This document shows positions 48,001-56,766 of a stretch of DNA of 64,000 nt, piece by piece. Source of the stretch: an uncultured virus (IMG/VR IMGVR_UViG_3300008003_000324) (Duplodnaviria; Heunggongvirae; Uroviricota; Caudoviricetes); the IMG/VR virus record IMGVR_UViG_3300008003_000324. One strand, 5' to 3'. The notes beneath the pieces are model-generated. The model saw nothing but the letters and a program-made list of their open reading frames with translations. It was not told the DNA's origin and ran no database searches. A program made the translations under genes and the position numbers. Numbering within the stretch: position 1 is the first letter of the stretch; each line of letters begins with the position of its first letter.

Positions 48001-48754
48001 CCGTCAAAAATGACCCGGATACTCGAAGTTCTGTGTTTTCCAAAGAAACAATTTCTCTATCCAAACGAACATACTCATTAAACGAAGTCAGGTTTAGAGT
48101 CCAACCATCAAGACTCAGATAACTACCGTCTGTTTCTTTAACCACAGCTACATATATGTTCTGTTCTACATCGTGGACGATAAAAATTCCAGCACTCTCA
48201 GAGTCGAGGTTAGTTGTTGGGTTAGATGTAATAATGTCAGAGAAAACACCTTTCTTCAACTCGTCGTATTTTGCTTCTGAACGGGTTCTCTGGACTTCTA
48301 CTGTGATATAGTTTGGAGTAGTGTTTCTGTCAGTCCAGTAGTAGTCTTGATAATTTATTATCTTATCAATGTTTACAGGAGGTAGAAAATTAAATTGTAA
48401 CGCTTTACCCCATTCACCAAAACTCTCAAGGTCCACCCCATCACGTTCTAGGTTTTTAAGGAATTTCTCAAATGTCAAGAACTTGGTTTCCGCACCCAGA
48501 GTTGCACTGATAACCTCTTGGAGTTGGTTCTTCTGCAAATACTCTCTACCTTCTGATATTCTAGACAAAACCGAATTGTCTATTTCTTTTCCAACATATC
48601 CCGTTACTTCTTCAAAATTCTTTTTTGTGAGGAAGCGGTTTAAGATGTTGTTGGAAATTCCGTTCCAAAGTCGGCTACGAGAATATTCTGGAAGTAAAGA
48701 AGAGGTATCAACTACCTCTCCTTTTTTGTAGTCGGTGATGTGCTTTCGAGACAT
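39083..48754 (-). CDS. giant (3223 aa) virion/baseplate protein, gp7-like position
   Basis: Follows the gp6-like gene; DKIINY.DYYW, PHREPW..., EFWAYKL..FG, KTSW; Pro/Thr linker and terminal beta domain. Confidence 0.8.
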   Translation of the reverse strand: MSRKHITDYKKGEVVDTSSLLPEYSRSRLWNGISNNILNRFLTKKNFEEVTGYVGKEIDNSVLSRISEGREYLQKNQLQEVISATLGAETKFLTFEKFLKNLERDGVDLESFGEWGKALQFNFLPPVNIDKIINYQDYYWTDRNTTPNYITVEVQRTRSEAKYDELKKGVFSDIITSNPTTNLDSESAGIFIVHDVEQNIYVAVVKETDGSYLSLDGWTLNLTSFNEYVRLDREIVSLENTELRVSGSFLTGAREGFILSLYTDLDGIQEFVEVQSYEFDEDNNESVFTLKTVPQTSPTRVSVHAYAYAARSESIYFQDVAEPQQVDEINIYDLGEPVWYDRREVFSSNGGFVLSLGENEVIQYFGGPASELVVGAEYGIKINSGPNTGDHDLSSWVEGAVFGDPDRFLVDGVEFFKDENISYQIYVKDSLSANVYAQENDFFFDTTTDILYQWIDGQWKTKVRSFSILYESENSKLRADSNDWADENKWVHKNQITNLSESRQATQPIIEYKNYIELSYFSKFEFEWAYRKTVEDQYKKVEDQPNLLEIRPIKIEESDSENVPVFQLASNELLLPARFGNMESVLTKGDNINLVGFNTNDGQYTIDSVEFVQFTPGERYQSVIRVVENFFSVGDDISDGGGTIYPERTSLGDTFDPLVTHWAFVGIKNITASGAEPEKNPMLDGPAIQIKTETNSVFQEYQTKIGLYWQEFNPTSTINGARLELDESLTDLCLIEDYQEGDLRLYIDGKRIYGRHTDIPANNTNYVGAIVLDSDLVITPDTLVRIELGEYWTHDIGRKDVVVVDPTGNSPDIYNLSRYKRIEQTKTKTNQYPLFKIYDILGNPLEESNSIFWFKENGEFELNRTLDLRAEYKRNERDLVFEHGLVDSEGKLRCYLDLRDNKIKTIWKKGEFNEQSVPEKIESDWDIPNSWKYNIQHELRKEVSLTDLFRHFKTITLAQEPTKYNSTNPEEVFHALNNPNFGLGGTIKEHNGNLDLLVSAMLGEQIDIPKTLDFVGDAYERLTYRWTLRYLENLSTFLEMSEVDLIENFENYTENNTRWDRLFGDSFSYADGYGIKNVISTSAILRMTGLSKPSIFKRGEDWIVKRHDGTYFTLDITNAQKSKFYGILTKNTQKVSEDSEAFPDIADYAEGDYLVRGVSSEKSISLYQLESGSWTEIDVIGQIANLLYELETLLYSAGQHREPLDEFYNLELTKTNSRFRDLEETEFLCLVGEDALHNTAFQSGDAFTWNYANTDIATHPLSGVFSARGKASWQGLYEEIYGTAYPHREPWILQGYEEEPTWWKTTYKNNDLGIDRFWKETMWDNIFTGVVPAGQELPNGTISTGNSGETQIYDYSPVNVTGSTVAGIASDELAPPYWDGSLSADPRFKPLFDKSLGNYVSSPNADFLFGQDGPVEWKWKNSSSYLYFLLKASFLCDPIEFFSRNYGDDLVQVDCLLANKETQNINPHFKTLFHGDYREDGTVYYSAGIQQWIVNYNRYLELDGGSSDYRDLWIGWNVNAAYIFNTLINDTTLGVSGDQIDIVARDYATFIDRQLNSTENTFSAINWAVQKRAPITERTHYETSNWVFKPYIKSPKKKKTIEYYPPQNYQVRLVGTNTFTTGGYQIKATEIDSPRGFWRAIYSSPLALTDVTGLTAGPYQFTIDIDGTTSTVVTIDGSLSPNTPTVGDVIASINDQISGAFIDLENGYLIIRSEATGLGSSISISLDSLFPVISSGLVSEDGITDFEFKKIFYVYGNVLGEFSAGDQITVSSSTNYGGTYTVDDVIYDFRRNETLVKVLEDVVITDDIVDGIVSPENTITIPWETGQEVFLNTDGVLPGELLNYIPYYIVKINGTTFQISESEDLAKLGTVINFATAGSGNFWVGKVTNTFKPLNRIDYAFRRHEPDTRLVKTLFEAQNVTRIQSLIDILFGYEALLEDRGIKSVPFDKTNKAEDSGRDNEWILEIEKYIVWLDTLIQRAEELPPRISATVNVDSSSFISPSGQFLATGQAVRLKAGEGGTVPEELNSPFNAFVPYYAIVTRSGAIQLAYSKNDATAGRFIEFSTGSGEVYLEIFKSDKVLPKMMTNPYYNHFVVSHDRGLPSSFERARNGLFERQNVLDVNGEYIDLENLLFFRNDRETSVLLTQNSENKIAGADYSIFEVSHICRFNQYTSGNKLIYDPFLGIKTPRVFLSFLRPTEPTGRLHVGGLVLSDNSLIDNIEKSIQDIRDYYDVYNNIRGDDTTEAVRRSVGYQGPKQYMENLGINEKSQFVFWKSFVQNKGTNFSLEAFTNQRALTGVTVDEFWAYKLCEFGDSKKKAYPEIKLNTDDVIRKELRLEFVPPTGGTIGKDYIPIRLTDFNRWENLPDVVDLMKPFKGYFLDVEETEIFTNAENLIQTSTITSITNNPVLRLNVPVYGAKIEYEISDEKFIASEGVDYRFINGLVIEFIATNIEVWQNITVTGLRYSYDSTNIFKLIDNKREERVVADIPIWNPAFGQENPVGNYPIDFKLEKDPASYTLDFDVNSSSGAFIKRESFWEEKQIGKVWLDITKKGYVPYYDKFIFPNQEERSLKWGNLADYGEIEMYRWTESDFSPEDYINEVEKQSLENIPLGEKLTGNPKSVVYKKVVNPGAGQARWEEEKTIVRSFPKAGIESSDLEDFTPEQFLDLYVNGKFTLRFNYVSYDVFLATLALAETFGLDIPDNSIITLVKEAVVPSEEEIDNGDYIRVHPHSKIDYIDRVSGDIKSKYYFWVRGDKSQKLLNNTTLTLFDAERELSDMTKPYAVIEGFREEGDGYGVLFGATYDPDDNNLPLRFSQLIIKGLANSVKNNSDYVLRLRKDFTLRDDLGLDLEKKNKHVDWKLIRKNQTSKIDFILWRKVVESTTGFEVVDELFNIDERVPVPSEERVRYDVLVRGASTRIGLGREQTLVDRDILRKLITQVLFEPNRKWSVGDIEAFYESYDLTVPEGYVQLLRAIYALFTVKEVNDIFFEILENSMIAKKKHPDFFKTSWVAVDVGNAGTILEGETLEIVKVVGSELECAVDVPPPPTPTPTPTVSVTPSVTPSVTPSVTPILSPTPTPSAASVPIWVDITPDTYWTGDPTTGDGQTPTVYTNPCWTKSFEGFNSMNIVINPAYENINIQGVRFTLTSSGTGGVSGDTQVTFDAISGGAGYQAMELVDGVPQIFEYTGLSGIIGTGANIDILGFAFSGEITLCSIEILTSDIIP
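39545..39592 (-). repeat. 12-bp tandem repeat, 4 copies, encoding (SVTP)n
   Basis: TGGTGTAACACT x4 on the plus strand. Confidence 0.9.
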
Positions 48755-48813
48755 TTAGTAGTACAAATCTTGTTTGGAAATATTTATAAGTCTCGCATTA
48801 AATGTGTTTGTGC

Positions 48814-51735
48814 TTACAATCTTTGCACTAGTGTTTTTGAATCTAGATTTTGAACAATTTCGATATCATCAACACTTATGCTCGCTTGCAATATCTCGTC
48901 CTCTTTTGGAACAATTTCGTGAAGATCCCCGAAGAATGTACCCGCAGCCTTTGGTACCAACACGACAGATTCGATATTATACCCCAGACTATTGTGTATC
49001 GCGGCAGACAATTCCGTAAAATAAAAAGGCTGACCGAAAGACCAGAAATTAATATCAAAAAATTTGTTTACTATCCCAACGATCTGGGTCTTGATCTTGT
49101 TGTCACTAACCACCGTGTTTTCCGACTTTACGACTTTTAGAGTTCCTTGAAGTTCTCTCTGTGCTTTAGAACCAATAATTGGTTTGATTATTCCGGGTTG
49201 CAATAGCATCGTGTCTGATATCATTTTATTTTCCACCAAATAAGAATAGGAGGATTTCAACTCGAATGGTGTTGGTCTAGTAGGTTCTTTGTCCAAATTA
49301 CCATTCAACCACGATCTAACTTTGGAATAGTATCCTCTTGTTATAATGAAGGTGTCAATTATGTTAGACGCCGCAGGATCGATTAGATGGTATCGGGGGG
49401 TTCTGTGAATCCACAAGAAGTTTAACCCCTCGACGCCTTTTTCCCTTTTCCACAAGCCCGTTGAAGACGCGGAATCTTCCGACCAAGACTGTAGGGTTTC
49501 TTCCGAAAACGGAACGTATACCCACGGGGCATTTCCATCTTCTCTTTGGAAATACACATAGTCGTTGTTCCCTATCAAATATGATAGATCTACTCCATCA
49601 GGTAACCCGTTATTGTCCTCATCCACCGGGAGGATAGAAAGTGTATTAAAATCACAAATACCGCGCAACAGGCCCCTATTTACATTAACACCGTTGCTAA
49701 TAACAAACGGTCTGTTGGTTCCAATACTACAACCGTCTACCCCGACGTTCGCTTTCAGTACGACAATGTTGTCTTTTTTCGAATTCATTGTATCATACGT
49801 CAAAACCCGTTCATCATAGTTACTAAGATTGAATTTGGTTTCTGGGCTGTGGGCATATAACTCCCTAGTCTTAAAGTTTATGATCCAACTGTTATTTGTT
49901 TGTGAAGTTATGGCAATATCCCAATCTGTCTGTATGTTTGTTTCTAATTCGATTTGCCAAAAGTTATCTGCCTGATCTTCTTGTATCCGGTACGTTAAGT
50001 AAAGTGTGTTTGGGGCAGATGTTATCAAAGAATTGATATTTGTCAACAACCCACTGAGTTCTGCTGATGTAAACTCGTATCTGGCAAACACGGGTTGCAT
50101 TCCTTTCAAAATCAGAGAATTATAAAGGTCTTGTCTACGCAAAATTGGTTCAATGTAATTTTCAACCAAAGCCGTAATCAGGGGGACATTGATTCCTCCA
50201 TCCTGTGGTGGTAGTTGTTCTGGAAGAATGTTAAAGTTCTTAATCTCAGAGTTAAAATACAAGACCATATCATCACCGAAAAGCTTAACGTTCTCATAAT
50301 ATTCTTTCGGATCATGCCAACCTATGAATTTAGAATCTCCCGCAAAAGTTCTGTTGATAGAACGAAGTTTTAAGATAGTATTGTCTTGTAATAAAAACTC
50401 GTTGTAATCTCTTCCGTTTACCATTCTATCTTGTGTATAGTACACTGATGGAGCTACTTCTCTAATCCTTGCCGCAGTCTCGGATGGTGCTGCATTTTGT
50501 ATCGGTGCAGTCAGGGTGAAGGTAAACGTAAAAGTTCTAATTGCACCGGTGTTGTCTCTGTAGCGGATGTTGGCCGATTTATTTTGAATTGCGCTTCTTG
50601 GTATAACTAATCCTTCTTCTGGACTGGTGGAAGTTCTATACCAAACATCAAATTTTCCTGAAGGTATGTTAGAAAAATTCCCGTCACCGAAAATCAATCT
50701 AACACCGTCATCTGCCAATGTCTCTACTTCGTATTTGTTTCTGTTGGGGGAAGTGTTATATAAAATGTTCTGTGCGTTTGTTACATCAACTTCCTGCCAT
50801 TCGCCCGTCCTAGGTTCGTTGTACCGCTCCCCACCGCTCAATATCTCGTCGGTTTCATCATCTATGTTGTTTAGCCATAAATCGGTATTGTTAATCCCCG
50901 TCCTAGAAAGATTCTTGGTCTGATTGGGCAACACTCCGTCCAAGAAAAACGTTTCTCGTTGAAGCTCACCCTGCTTTGTAAAAAAGAAAAATCCGGTATT
51001 GTCAGAAGAATCACCCAAACCGTCAGACAGATACAGTATATTCATCTGTTGTTTTCGTTCCGGTCTTTTTTCAATTGAACCAAATTCATTCAATTCGGCA
51101 CTGACCAACTCCATCGGATAAGTTTCTCCGTTAACAGAAACGCTGTAGCGTATTGCTTCGCCTTGTATTGCCTCGTTGTTTGTACCATATAATTCGAACA
51201 GTACGTTTTGAACCTGAATGCGGTCTGAAGGTAAAACTGTTCCGAAATTTTGTGATAAAATTTTCTGCATCACTAAAATAAATTGTTCTTTCCAGTTATC
51301 ATTGTTGGGGTCATTCCAAATGATTCTAGTGTTTCCAATATTGTTTCCTTTACTGTCTACTAACGATTCTGTAGTAGACACAGAGGTTAGCTTAACAAGA
51401 CCCCTCGCGGGTATGTTTCTTGATGCACTGTAAGAAAGAAACTTGGCTAGTCTAAGAACAGACTCTTTACGCTCGGCGGTGGCTAAAAAGTTTTCGTGTG
51501 TGTTTAAATCAATCCTATATGCCAAAAGTTCCCCAAGATAAGCGAACAATTCTATAATCGCCACAAGGTCAGATGATTCAATGTAATCGTTAAAATCTTC
51601 TGGATAGTACAGTTTCATATAATCCAACATGGACTGTTTAATACTATCGTAATCCCAAGCTTTAAAATTCACTTGCTGGAAAGAATCGTATGCCCTTTCC
51701 CAATTTTCGGCAATGTTCTGTAATCTATTATCCAT
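48814..51735 (-). CDS. baseplate wedge subunit (gp6-like)
   Basis: DYDSIK..M..Y....DFNDY.ESS...IELFAY, ENFL.TA..KESV, FGDG.F..IP, QDRMV...DY. Confidence 0.88.
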   Translation of the reverse strand: MDNRLQNIAENWERAYDSFQQVNFKAWDYDSIKQSMLDYMKLYYPEDFNDYIESSDLVAIIELFAYLGELLAYRIDLNTHENFLATAERKESVLRLAKFLSYSASRNIPARGLVKLTSVSTTESLVDSKGNNIGNTRIIWNDPNNDNWKEQFILVMQKILSQNFGTVLPSDRIQVQNVLFELYGTNNEAIQGEAIRYSVSVNGETYPMELVSAELNEFGSIEKRPERKQQMNILYLSDGLGDSSDNTGFFFFTKQGELQRETFFLDGVLPNQTKNLSRTGINNTDLWLNNIDDETDEILSGGERYNEPRTGEWQEVDVTNAQNILYNTSPNRNKYEVETLADDGVRLIFGDGNFSNIPSGKFDVWYRTSTSPEEGLVIPRSAIQNKSANIRYRDNTGAIRTFTFTFTLTAPIQNAAPSETAARIREVAPSVYYTQDRMVNGRDYNEFLLQDNTILKLRSINRTFAGDSKFIGWHDPKEYYENVKLFGDDMVLYFNSEIKNFNILPEQLPPQDGGINVPLITALVENYIEPILRRQDLYNSLILKGMQPVFARYEFTSAELSGLLTNINSLITSAPNTLYLTYRIQEDQADNFWQIELETNIQTDWDIAITSQTNNSWIINFKTRELYAHSPETKFNLSNYDERVLTYDTMNSKKDNIVVLKANVGVDGCSIGTNRPFVISNGVNVNRGLLRGICDFNTLSILPVDEDNNGLPDGVDLSYLIGNNDYVYFQREDGNAPWVYVPFSEETLQSWSEDSASSTGLWKREKGVEGLNFLWIHRTPRYHLIDPAASNIIDTFIITRGYYSKVRSWLNGNLDKEPTRPTPFELKSSYSYLVENKMISDTMLLQPGIIKPIIGSKAQRELQGTLKVVKSENTVVSDNKIKTQIVGIVNKFFDINFWSFGQPFYFTELSAAIHNSLGYNIESVVLVPKAAGTFFGDLHEIVPKEDEILQASISVDDIEIVQNLDSKTLVQRL

Positions 51736-52099
51736 CGAATTCTAACCTTATCTCCATAGTGTCATTAAAATTTATTTCAAGGTATCGTAAGTGTGCTATA
51801 ACAACAACTGCTTTTTCTTCGTATACGGGGTTGACGGATAAATCAAGAACCGCGACCCTAGGATCGTTATCAAAGACGTTTGTAAACTCAAGTTCCAAAA
51901 GTGCCAACGTGTTTTGGTCCAGCGGCTGAAACAACAATTCCTGAATAGAAGTTCCGTAATTTGGCATCATAAGCCGCTGGCCCTTAGAGGTGAATATATT
52001 GTTCAACAAGTCCTGTTTTACAAGTTGTACGTCTTTTAACAAGATCTTTTTGTCATCCTCGTAGCTTTTAAGGCTAGGACCCCTATAAAACGTTGTCAT
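51728..52099 (-). CDS. baseplate wedge subunit (gp25-like)
   Basis: VKQDLLN...T.KG.R.M.P.YG.....LLF.P....DPRV. Confidence 0.9.
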   Translation of the reverse strand: MTTFYRGPSLKSYEDDKKILLKDVQLVKQDLLNNIFTSKGQRLMMPNYGTSIQELLFQPLDQNTLALLELEFTNVFDNDPRVAVLDLSVNPVYEEKAVVVIAHLRYLEINFNDTMEIRLEFDG

Positions 52100-52139
52100 G
52101 TAGTTCCGCTGTTTTCTACTCGAAACTATTTATAAAAAA

Positions 52140-52478
52140 TTACCTTCTCCACAATGGGCCACGTTCATTTTTAAAATCACCTTCTATGACACCGATGGGT
52201 TTTCGACCCTCCGGGTTGGTTACATTGTCATATTGGTCAATCCAGTCTGTGTTGTTCTTATAACCGTCGTTGGTTTCATTTACGGAATCACCCCCGTCTT
52301 GTTTCATAACGCGTGGCCATGGTTCATGATCCGGCACCCTGTTTGTCCACGGGGCAATCTCGGTTAAAGACAGGCAAGATTTTTGTGCGAACGGGGGTTG
52401 AGTGTCCGCAAATGCAGGTGCATAGTTTTCGAAGTCCTGTACTACTTCGGCGTTCTTGGTCCATGTGTTGCTCATCAC
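52140..52478 (-). CDS. small baseplate spike-associated protein
   Basis: RVPDHEPWPR motif; overlaps the stop of the gp5-like gene. Confidence 0.6.
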   Translation of the reverse strand: MMSNTWTKNAEVVQDFENYAPAFADTQPPFAQKSCLSLTEIAPWTNRVPDHEPWPRVMKQDGGDSVNETNDGYKNNTDWIDQYDNVTNPEGRKPIGVIEGDFKNERGPLWRR

Positions 52479-54979
52479 GGGCCACCAAATTCTGAAATAG
52501 CATTGCTATAAGCATTAAAGAAAATCACTTGTTCCTCCAAAGAGGTATAGTCCAGCCCATTTACGGTTGCAGGTGTCTCTTGTATTTTTGTATTTATTAC
52601 AATTAGGGACCGTAGGTGGTCATTTGTTTCATTCTGTAGAATTGTAAGTCGTGGAACTACAGTAGATCCTACGTTCTCGTTAAACACATTTACGGCACTG
52701 TTAAAAGATGCGAGAGAGTCATTTAGTCCCCCAATTCCAGTTGTGTATGACGCAATATGTGTGCTATTATCTGTGATGTTTATATTCACCAAATTTTCTA
52801 ACGAGTCTTTGATTTGGTTGATGTTATTCTTAATGTTGTCTATCGCGTTGTTGATGTTCATGTCAACCTGATTACTCGCTATATCCAAAACGTCGATAGA
52901 ATTTTCAAAATTTAGTTTCTGGCGATCAAACCAAGATTTAAAGTTATCTTGTGTCCATCCCCCCAAATCTATATTTAAAAATAGTCCATCTGGTACCGGA
53001 TTGAAATTTTCTATATTCGAGAAATTCCCTACGTCTATACAGAAGTTAAAGTTGAACTCCGGTAAGTCTAGAGATGGTATTCGTAAAGTAGGAACACTTG
53101 GAAATGTGGGCAACGCCGGTATGGTGATATCTAGAATATCCAATGGGTTGGAGACTCCGACAATTTCAGCCAATTTTTCCCCCACCGTGAATGCTAAATC
53201 GTTTACGGTTCCCTGTATGGAATTAAAATTGTCGTTTATTGTTTGTACTGATGTTGCTATAGCTGAATTGTCTATGGCCATCTGGATGTTGTCCAACGCG
53301 TCAAAGTTTATTTCCGTCGGTTTAAAAGAAACGTTCACGCCACCCGTAAGAGATATGCACCCACCACCGAGAAGATTGCCGTCGATGGTGGGTCTTTTTT
53401 CGCCATCTATCCCAAACCCGTCGTTGGTTTGCTGTGCGATTTCTTTTGCACTTTGGCTGACTATTTGGCCCACGGAGAAAAAATTCATGAAAGGGTTTCT
53501 CATTGTTATTTGGTTGGCCCCGTTGTTGGACATTAACTTCATGTTTTCTTCTAACGCTTCCAATGTCAAGTCTCCTTCGTATGTCTTTATCGACATATCC
53601 AACAAAGAACCTATGTCCATCTTTCCAGTAAAAGAAAATATCTTAGTGTCACTCACCGATTGCATAATGTTATCATTTCCGGAAAATATTGAGGTGTTTC
53701 CAGAAGCGTGGTGGTTGTAGTCTCCGTCTACCGACACACTGTAATTGCCTCCATTTAATATTGTATTGGCATCCCCGTCTACTTGGATAAACATGCCACC
53801 GCCCACTGTTTGACAAATATCTTTGGCGATTTCTTCGAGTTTGTTTTCGTATACTAGAGTTCGTAAGTTTTTTTCCACTAATATGTGTGTGTCGGCGGTT
53901 GAATGTAATCTGATCTCACCGTCTTCCGGTTTGTCCGAATCTAGTGAAGACTGCCCCTCTGTGTTACCGGCGTACATGTATATTCCTTTGTTGGCCTTTA
54001 CTCTAAAAGTACCATCCGTAGAGAAATTAATATCTTCTTTCGCTCGCATACTTATTCTGCGTTCCGAGTATCCATCGATGTTCCCGTTAGAATCCATCTC
54101 TATCCAGCTTTTTCCTTCGTTGGTTGCAACATATATTCTTTCGTTGGTGTCATCTAAAATTATCTGATGTCCGGTAGAAGAACGCAGCCGTATCCTATTA
54201 TTGTAAGGACGGTCGTCCATGGTGAAAGCATGGAATCCCGGTGTAGAAAAACCGAAAACCCTAGAGGCCAAGAATGAACCTAGAGCTTTATTGCCAGACC
54301 AGTCATAGCCATGTGCTCCTACGATAGGCTTAACCCATTCGTCGCCCTCGGACTCCCTAATTTCCGGATACTGCTGATCAATCATATCCTCCTCTTCGTG
54401 GCCAACATTTCCGGTCGCTTGATATTCGGATTGACGGGTTTTCCATTCTGCGGAATCTTTTTCACCCCTAAATGCCTTTTCTGCGTTAGTGTATTGGGGT
54501 TCTATAGAATTCTTGGTAGAAGTAAGGGGGCCGTCTACCGTGCCCCCTTCTTTCCAATCATAGCGTCCATGAAACAACGAGTGCATTTCTCTGTGGGGCT
54601 GCATACACCCCATCCAAACTCTTCTTCTTTCGTCACCGTCTATACAGGTCACCAGAACAAGAGATCCTTGTTCCGGAATTGCCCAGAAACCATATGCTAT
54701 AGCACCTTGACTCTTTTCTGGACCCTTCCCGGTCCCCCTAGTAAACTCGCCGTTCGAAATTACCCCCCCATACGGAGATACATATGAAGCCCACGGGAGG
54801 TGGTGTATTTTTTTTGGATCGTCGTTCAGATTAGCACAAAAAACCCTCAAACGACCATTTTGTAATGGATCATCGGTATCTACCACAACACCAACAGTAA
54901 TACCACTTGAGTTGTACTTGGTGTCGCCCACTTCCAATTCGGAATTCAAAATTTTTAGTAATTGTTGTTCGTCAAGCAT
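52475..54979 (-). CDS. baseplate hub / central spike (gp5/VgrG-like)
   Basis: OB-fold GVVVDTDDP...GRLRV, LPWA, P..GS.VLV; beta-helix GHQIILDD. Confidence 0.85.
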   Translation of the reverse strand: MLDEQQLLKILNSELEVGDTKYNSSGITVGVVVDTDDPLQNGRLRVFCANLNDDPKKIHHLPWASYVSPYGGVISNGEFTRGTGKGPEKSQGAIAYGFWAIPEQGSLVLVTCIDGDERRRVWMGCMQPHREMHSLFHGRYDWKEGGTVDGPLTSTKNSIEPQYTNAEKAFRGEKDSAEWKTRQSEYQATGNVGHEEEDMIDQQYPEIRESEGDEWVKPIVGAHGYDWSGNKALGSFLASRVFGFSTPGFHAFTMDDRPYNNRIRLRSSTGHQIILDDTNERIYVATNEGKSWIEMDSNGNIDGYSERRISMRAKEDINFSTDGTFRVKANKGIYMYAGNTEGQSSLDSDKPEDGEIRLHSTADTHILVEKNLRTLVYENKLEEIAKDICQTVGGGMFIQVDGDANTILNGGNYSVSVDGDYNHHASGNTSIFSGNDNIMQSVSDTKIFSFTGKMDIGSLLDMSIKTYEGDLTLEALEENMKLMSNNGANQITMRNPFMNFFSVGQIVSQSAKEIAQQTNDGFGIDGEKRPTIDGNLLGGGCISLTGGVNVSFKPTEINFDALDNIQMAIDNSAIATSVQTINDNFNSIQGTVNDLAFTVGEKLAEIVGVSNPLDILDITIPALPTFPSVPTLRIPSLDLPEFNFNFCIDVGNFSNIENFNPVPDGLFLNIDLGGWTQDNFKSWFDRQKLNFENSIDVLDIASNQVDMNINNAIDNIKNNINQIKDSLENLVNINITDNSTHIASYTTGIGGLNDSLASFNSAVNVFNENVGSTVVPRLTILQNETNDHLRSLIVINTKIQETPATVNGLDYTSLEEQVIFFNAYSNAISEFGGP

Positions 54980-54981
54980 AA

Positions 54982-56766
54982 TTATATAATATCGTCCGAT
55001 CTAGCAAGTGTTAACGTCTGGTGAAAATGACTACCCTCAATTATCGTAGTTATTTTCTGGATATGCATCCATTCCTGATGATAAAATACCTCTGGCTCTG
55101 GCCCGCCGACATCCTCGTAATTCGTGTCGAGATATATATTCAACTTGGCATACCAAGGGAGTATTTCGGGTAATTGGTAGTGTACTGCGTTTGGGTGAGA
55201 ACTGGTTGTCGCCGCACTAGGTTTTCGAAGAGTGTCATTGTATAAATCAGGATTCCCGTGAATATTTATTATGAATGTTGATTCTTGTAACGACTGCATT
55301 CTGTATTGTTTTTTCATACATTCTGCCCATTCTTTGGGGTATTCTACACCCAAGGTTCGATCATTTCCAACCTTGGCTCTGAACCCACTGTATCCGGTCA
55401 TGAAAAACTCCCGGTCTCTCTCGCGTTCGCCGGTAATGGGTTCCCTTTCACCCCCATATGCAGTTCTTCCTGAAACAGTATCTATTACGTCTTCTACAAT
55501 GTCTATTTTATCCGTTCTACTAGCTACTCCGACCAGCGCCCTAACATCGTGGTTTTGATTTGAAGAATAAAAAAATGTTAAGGGTTCTTTGGCGCTCTCC
55601 CCCGGTCCAGTATTCTTTCCCGTCGAAAAATTTACAGGTACTTCAAACCTTTTTATGACAATATCGTACAGTAGTTCTGAGCCCTGTTTTCTCCATACGA
55701 AACAAATTTTATGACTATACCCCTGTGCGGAATCTATTCCTGTTTTTCTTGACATTTTCATTATCCTATCAATCAGGTCCAGCAAGGTCTCACCGCTCGT
55801 TGAAGGTATCACTCTTATACCCTTTTCGTTCGCATCAAGTTCCGGTTGTTCAAAAGGTAAATTTCTATTGTCTATCTCGTAATTGTTGTATTTTGGATCT
55901 AGATGTATGTTGAATTTAATCTTCAATTCTTTTTGTTGAACAGAAGGATTTCTTAGTTTAAAAGTGTAATTGTCTCTTATAACTGCTTGCCAATCCTGTA
56001 GTTGATTTTTGTGGATCTTCGTAGACTCGTTGAGGTCTACTTGTAATGCTTCGAATGCATCCTGTAGAGTTCGCATGGGCTTGCTTTTTTCTAGCCGATC
56101 TTTCCTAAATGGATTTTTTTCTGCGTCTTCTTCCCCACGAGGTTTTATAGAACCCCCACTGGGGTTGGGGGTTGGTGTCTCTTCATGGAGTTGTCCGTCT
56201 TTATGCGTCACCGTCATACTATATAATAAATTCAATTTTGAAGATAATCCTATGGTATTATGGCAAGCCATGAAATACATTTCATAATAGTTATGGGTGT
56301 CCATAAATTTATATTTGAAGTCGTTAACCACAAAAATTAAAGGTTCGCTTCTTGTAGTCCTTTCATCTCCTTCTGGATAGTGGAAATGTACGTCTAGTCG
56401 AAATGATAAATTCTCTATAGATATACCCAAAACATCAACTACTTCGTTCTTCAAAAAACCGAAAAAATCTCCTCCGGATACATCATGCAAAATGAATTTT
56501 CCTAGTGCGGAGGTGCTGCTTGTATCAGTGCTTGTCCAAGAATAATCATATTGGAGCCTTTTACCAACAAATCTTTTTGTTCCTGTTCCGAAAGAATCAT
56601 TCAAAATCAATACTCCACCTCCCGGTAGAAGTTTGCCTTCCGGACCATCTGTTAGCTTGGGTGCGTTGCCATCGTTTTCTGCGCTGGCCGTATTAGACCA
56701 CGCAGACAAAATGAATGTTGTAGAATAAGAAGAATACTTCTCTAAGGGATTTCTAGGTTCACTCAT
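54982..56766 (-). CDS. baseplate hub protein (gp27-like)
   Basis: Between gp53-like and gp5-like genes; NPL..Y.SY start, I.I.GNP and F.Q.L end. Confidence 0.55.
   Translation of the reverse strand: MSEPRNPLEKYSSYSTTFILSAWSNTASAENDGNAPKLTDGPEGKLLPGGGVLILNDSFGTGTKRFVGKRLQYDYSWTSTDTSSTSALGKFILHDVSGGDFFGFLKNEVVDVLGISIENLSFRLDVHFHYPEGDERTTRSEPLIFVVNDFKYKFMDTHNYYEMYFMACHNTIGLSSKLNLLYSMTVTHKDGQLHEETPTPNPSGGSIKPRGEEDAEKNPFRKDRLEKSKPMRTLQDAFEALQVDLNESTKIHKNQLQDWQAVIRDNYTFKLRNPSVQQKELKIKFNIHLDPKYNNYEIDNRNLPFEQPELDANEKGIRVIPSTSGETLLDLIDRIMKMSRKTGIDSAQGYSHKICFVWRKQGSELLYDIVIKRFEVPVNFSTGKNTGPGESAKEPLTFFYSSNQNHDVRALVGVASRTDKIDIVEDVIDTVSGRTAYGGEREPITGERERDREFFMTGYSGFRAKVGNDRTLGVEYPKEWAECMKKQYRMQSLQESTFIINIHGNPDLYNDTLRKPSAATTSSHPNAVHYQLPEILPWYAKLNIYLDTNYEDVGGPEPEVFYHQEWMHIQKITTIIEGSHFHQTLTLARSDDII

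Noticed and set aside
29411..54787. Long antisense ORFs such as 29411-30133, 31288-31743, 39342-39881 and 53001-53720
   Set aside because: They overlap well-supported genes on the other strand and show shadow-frame composition with no motifs.
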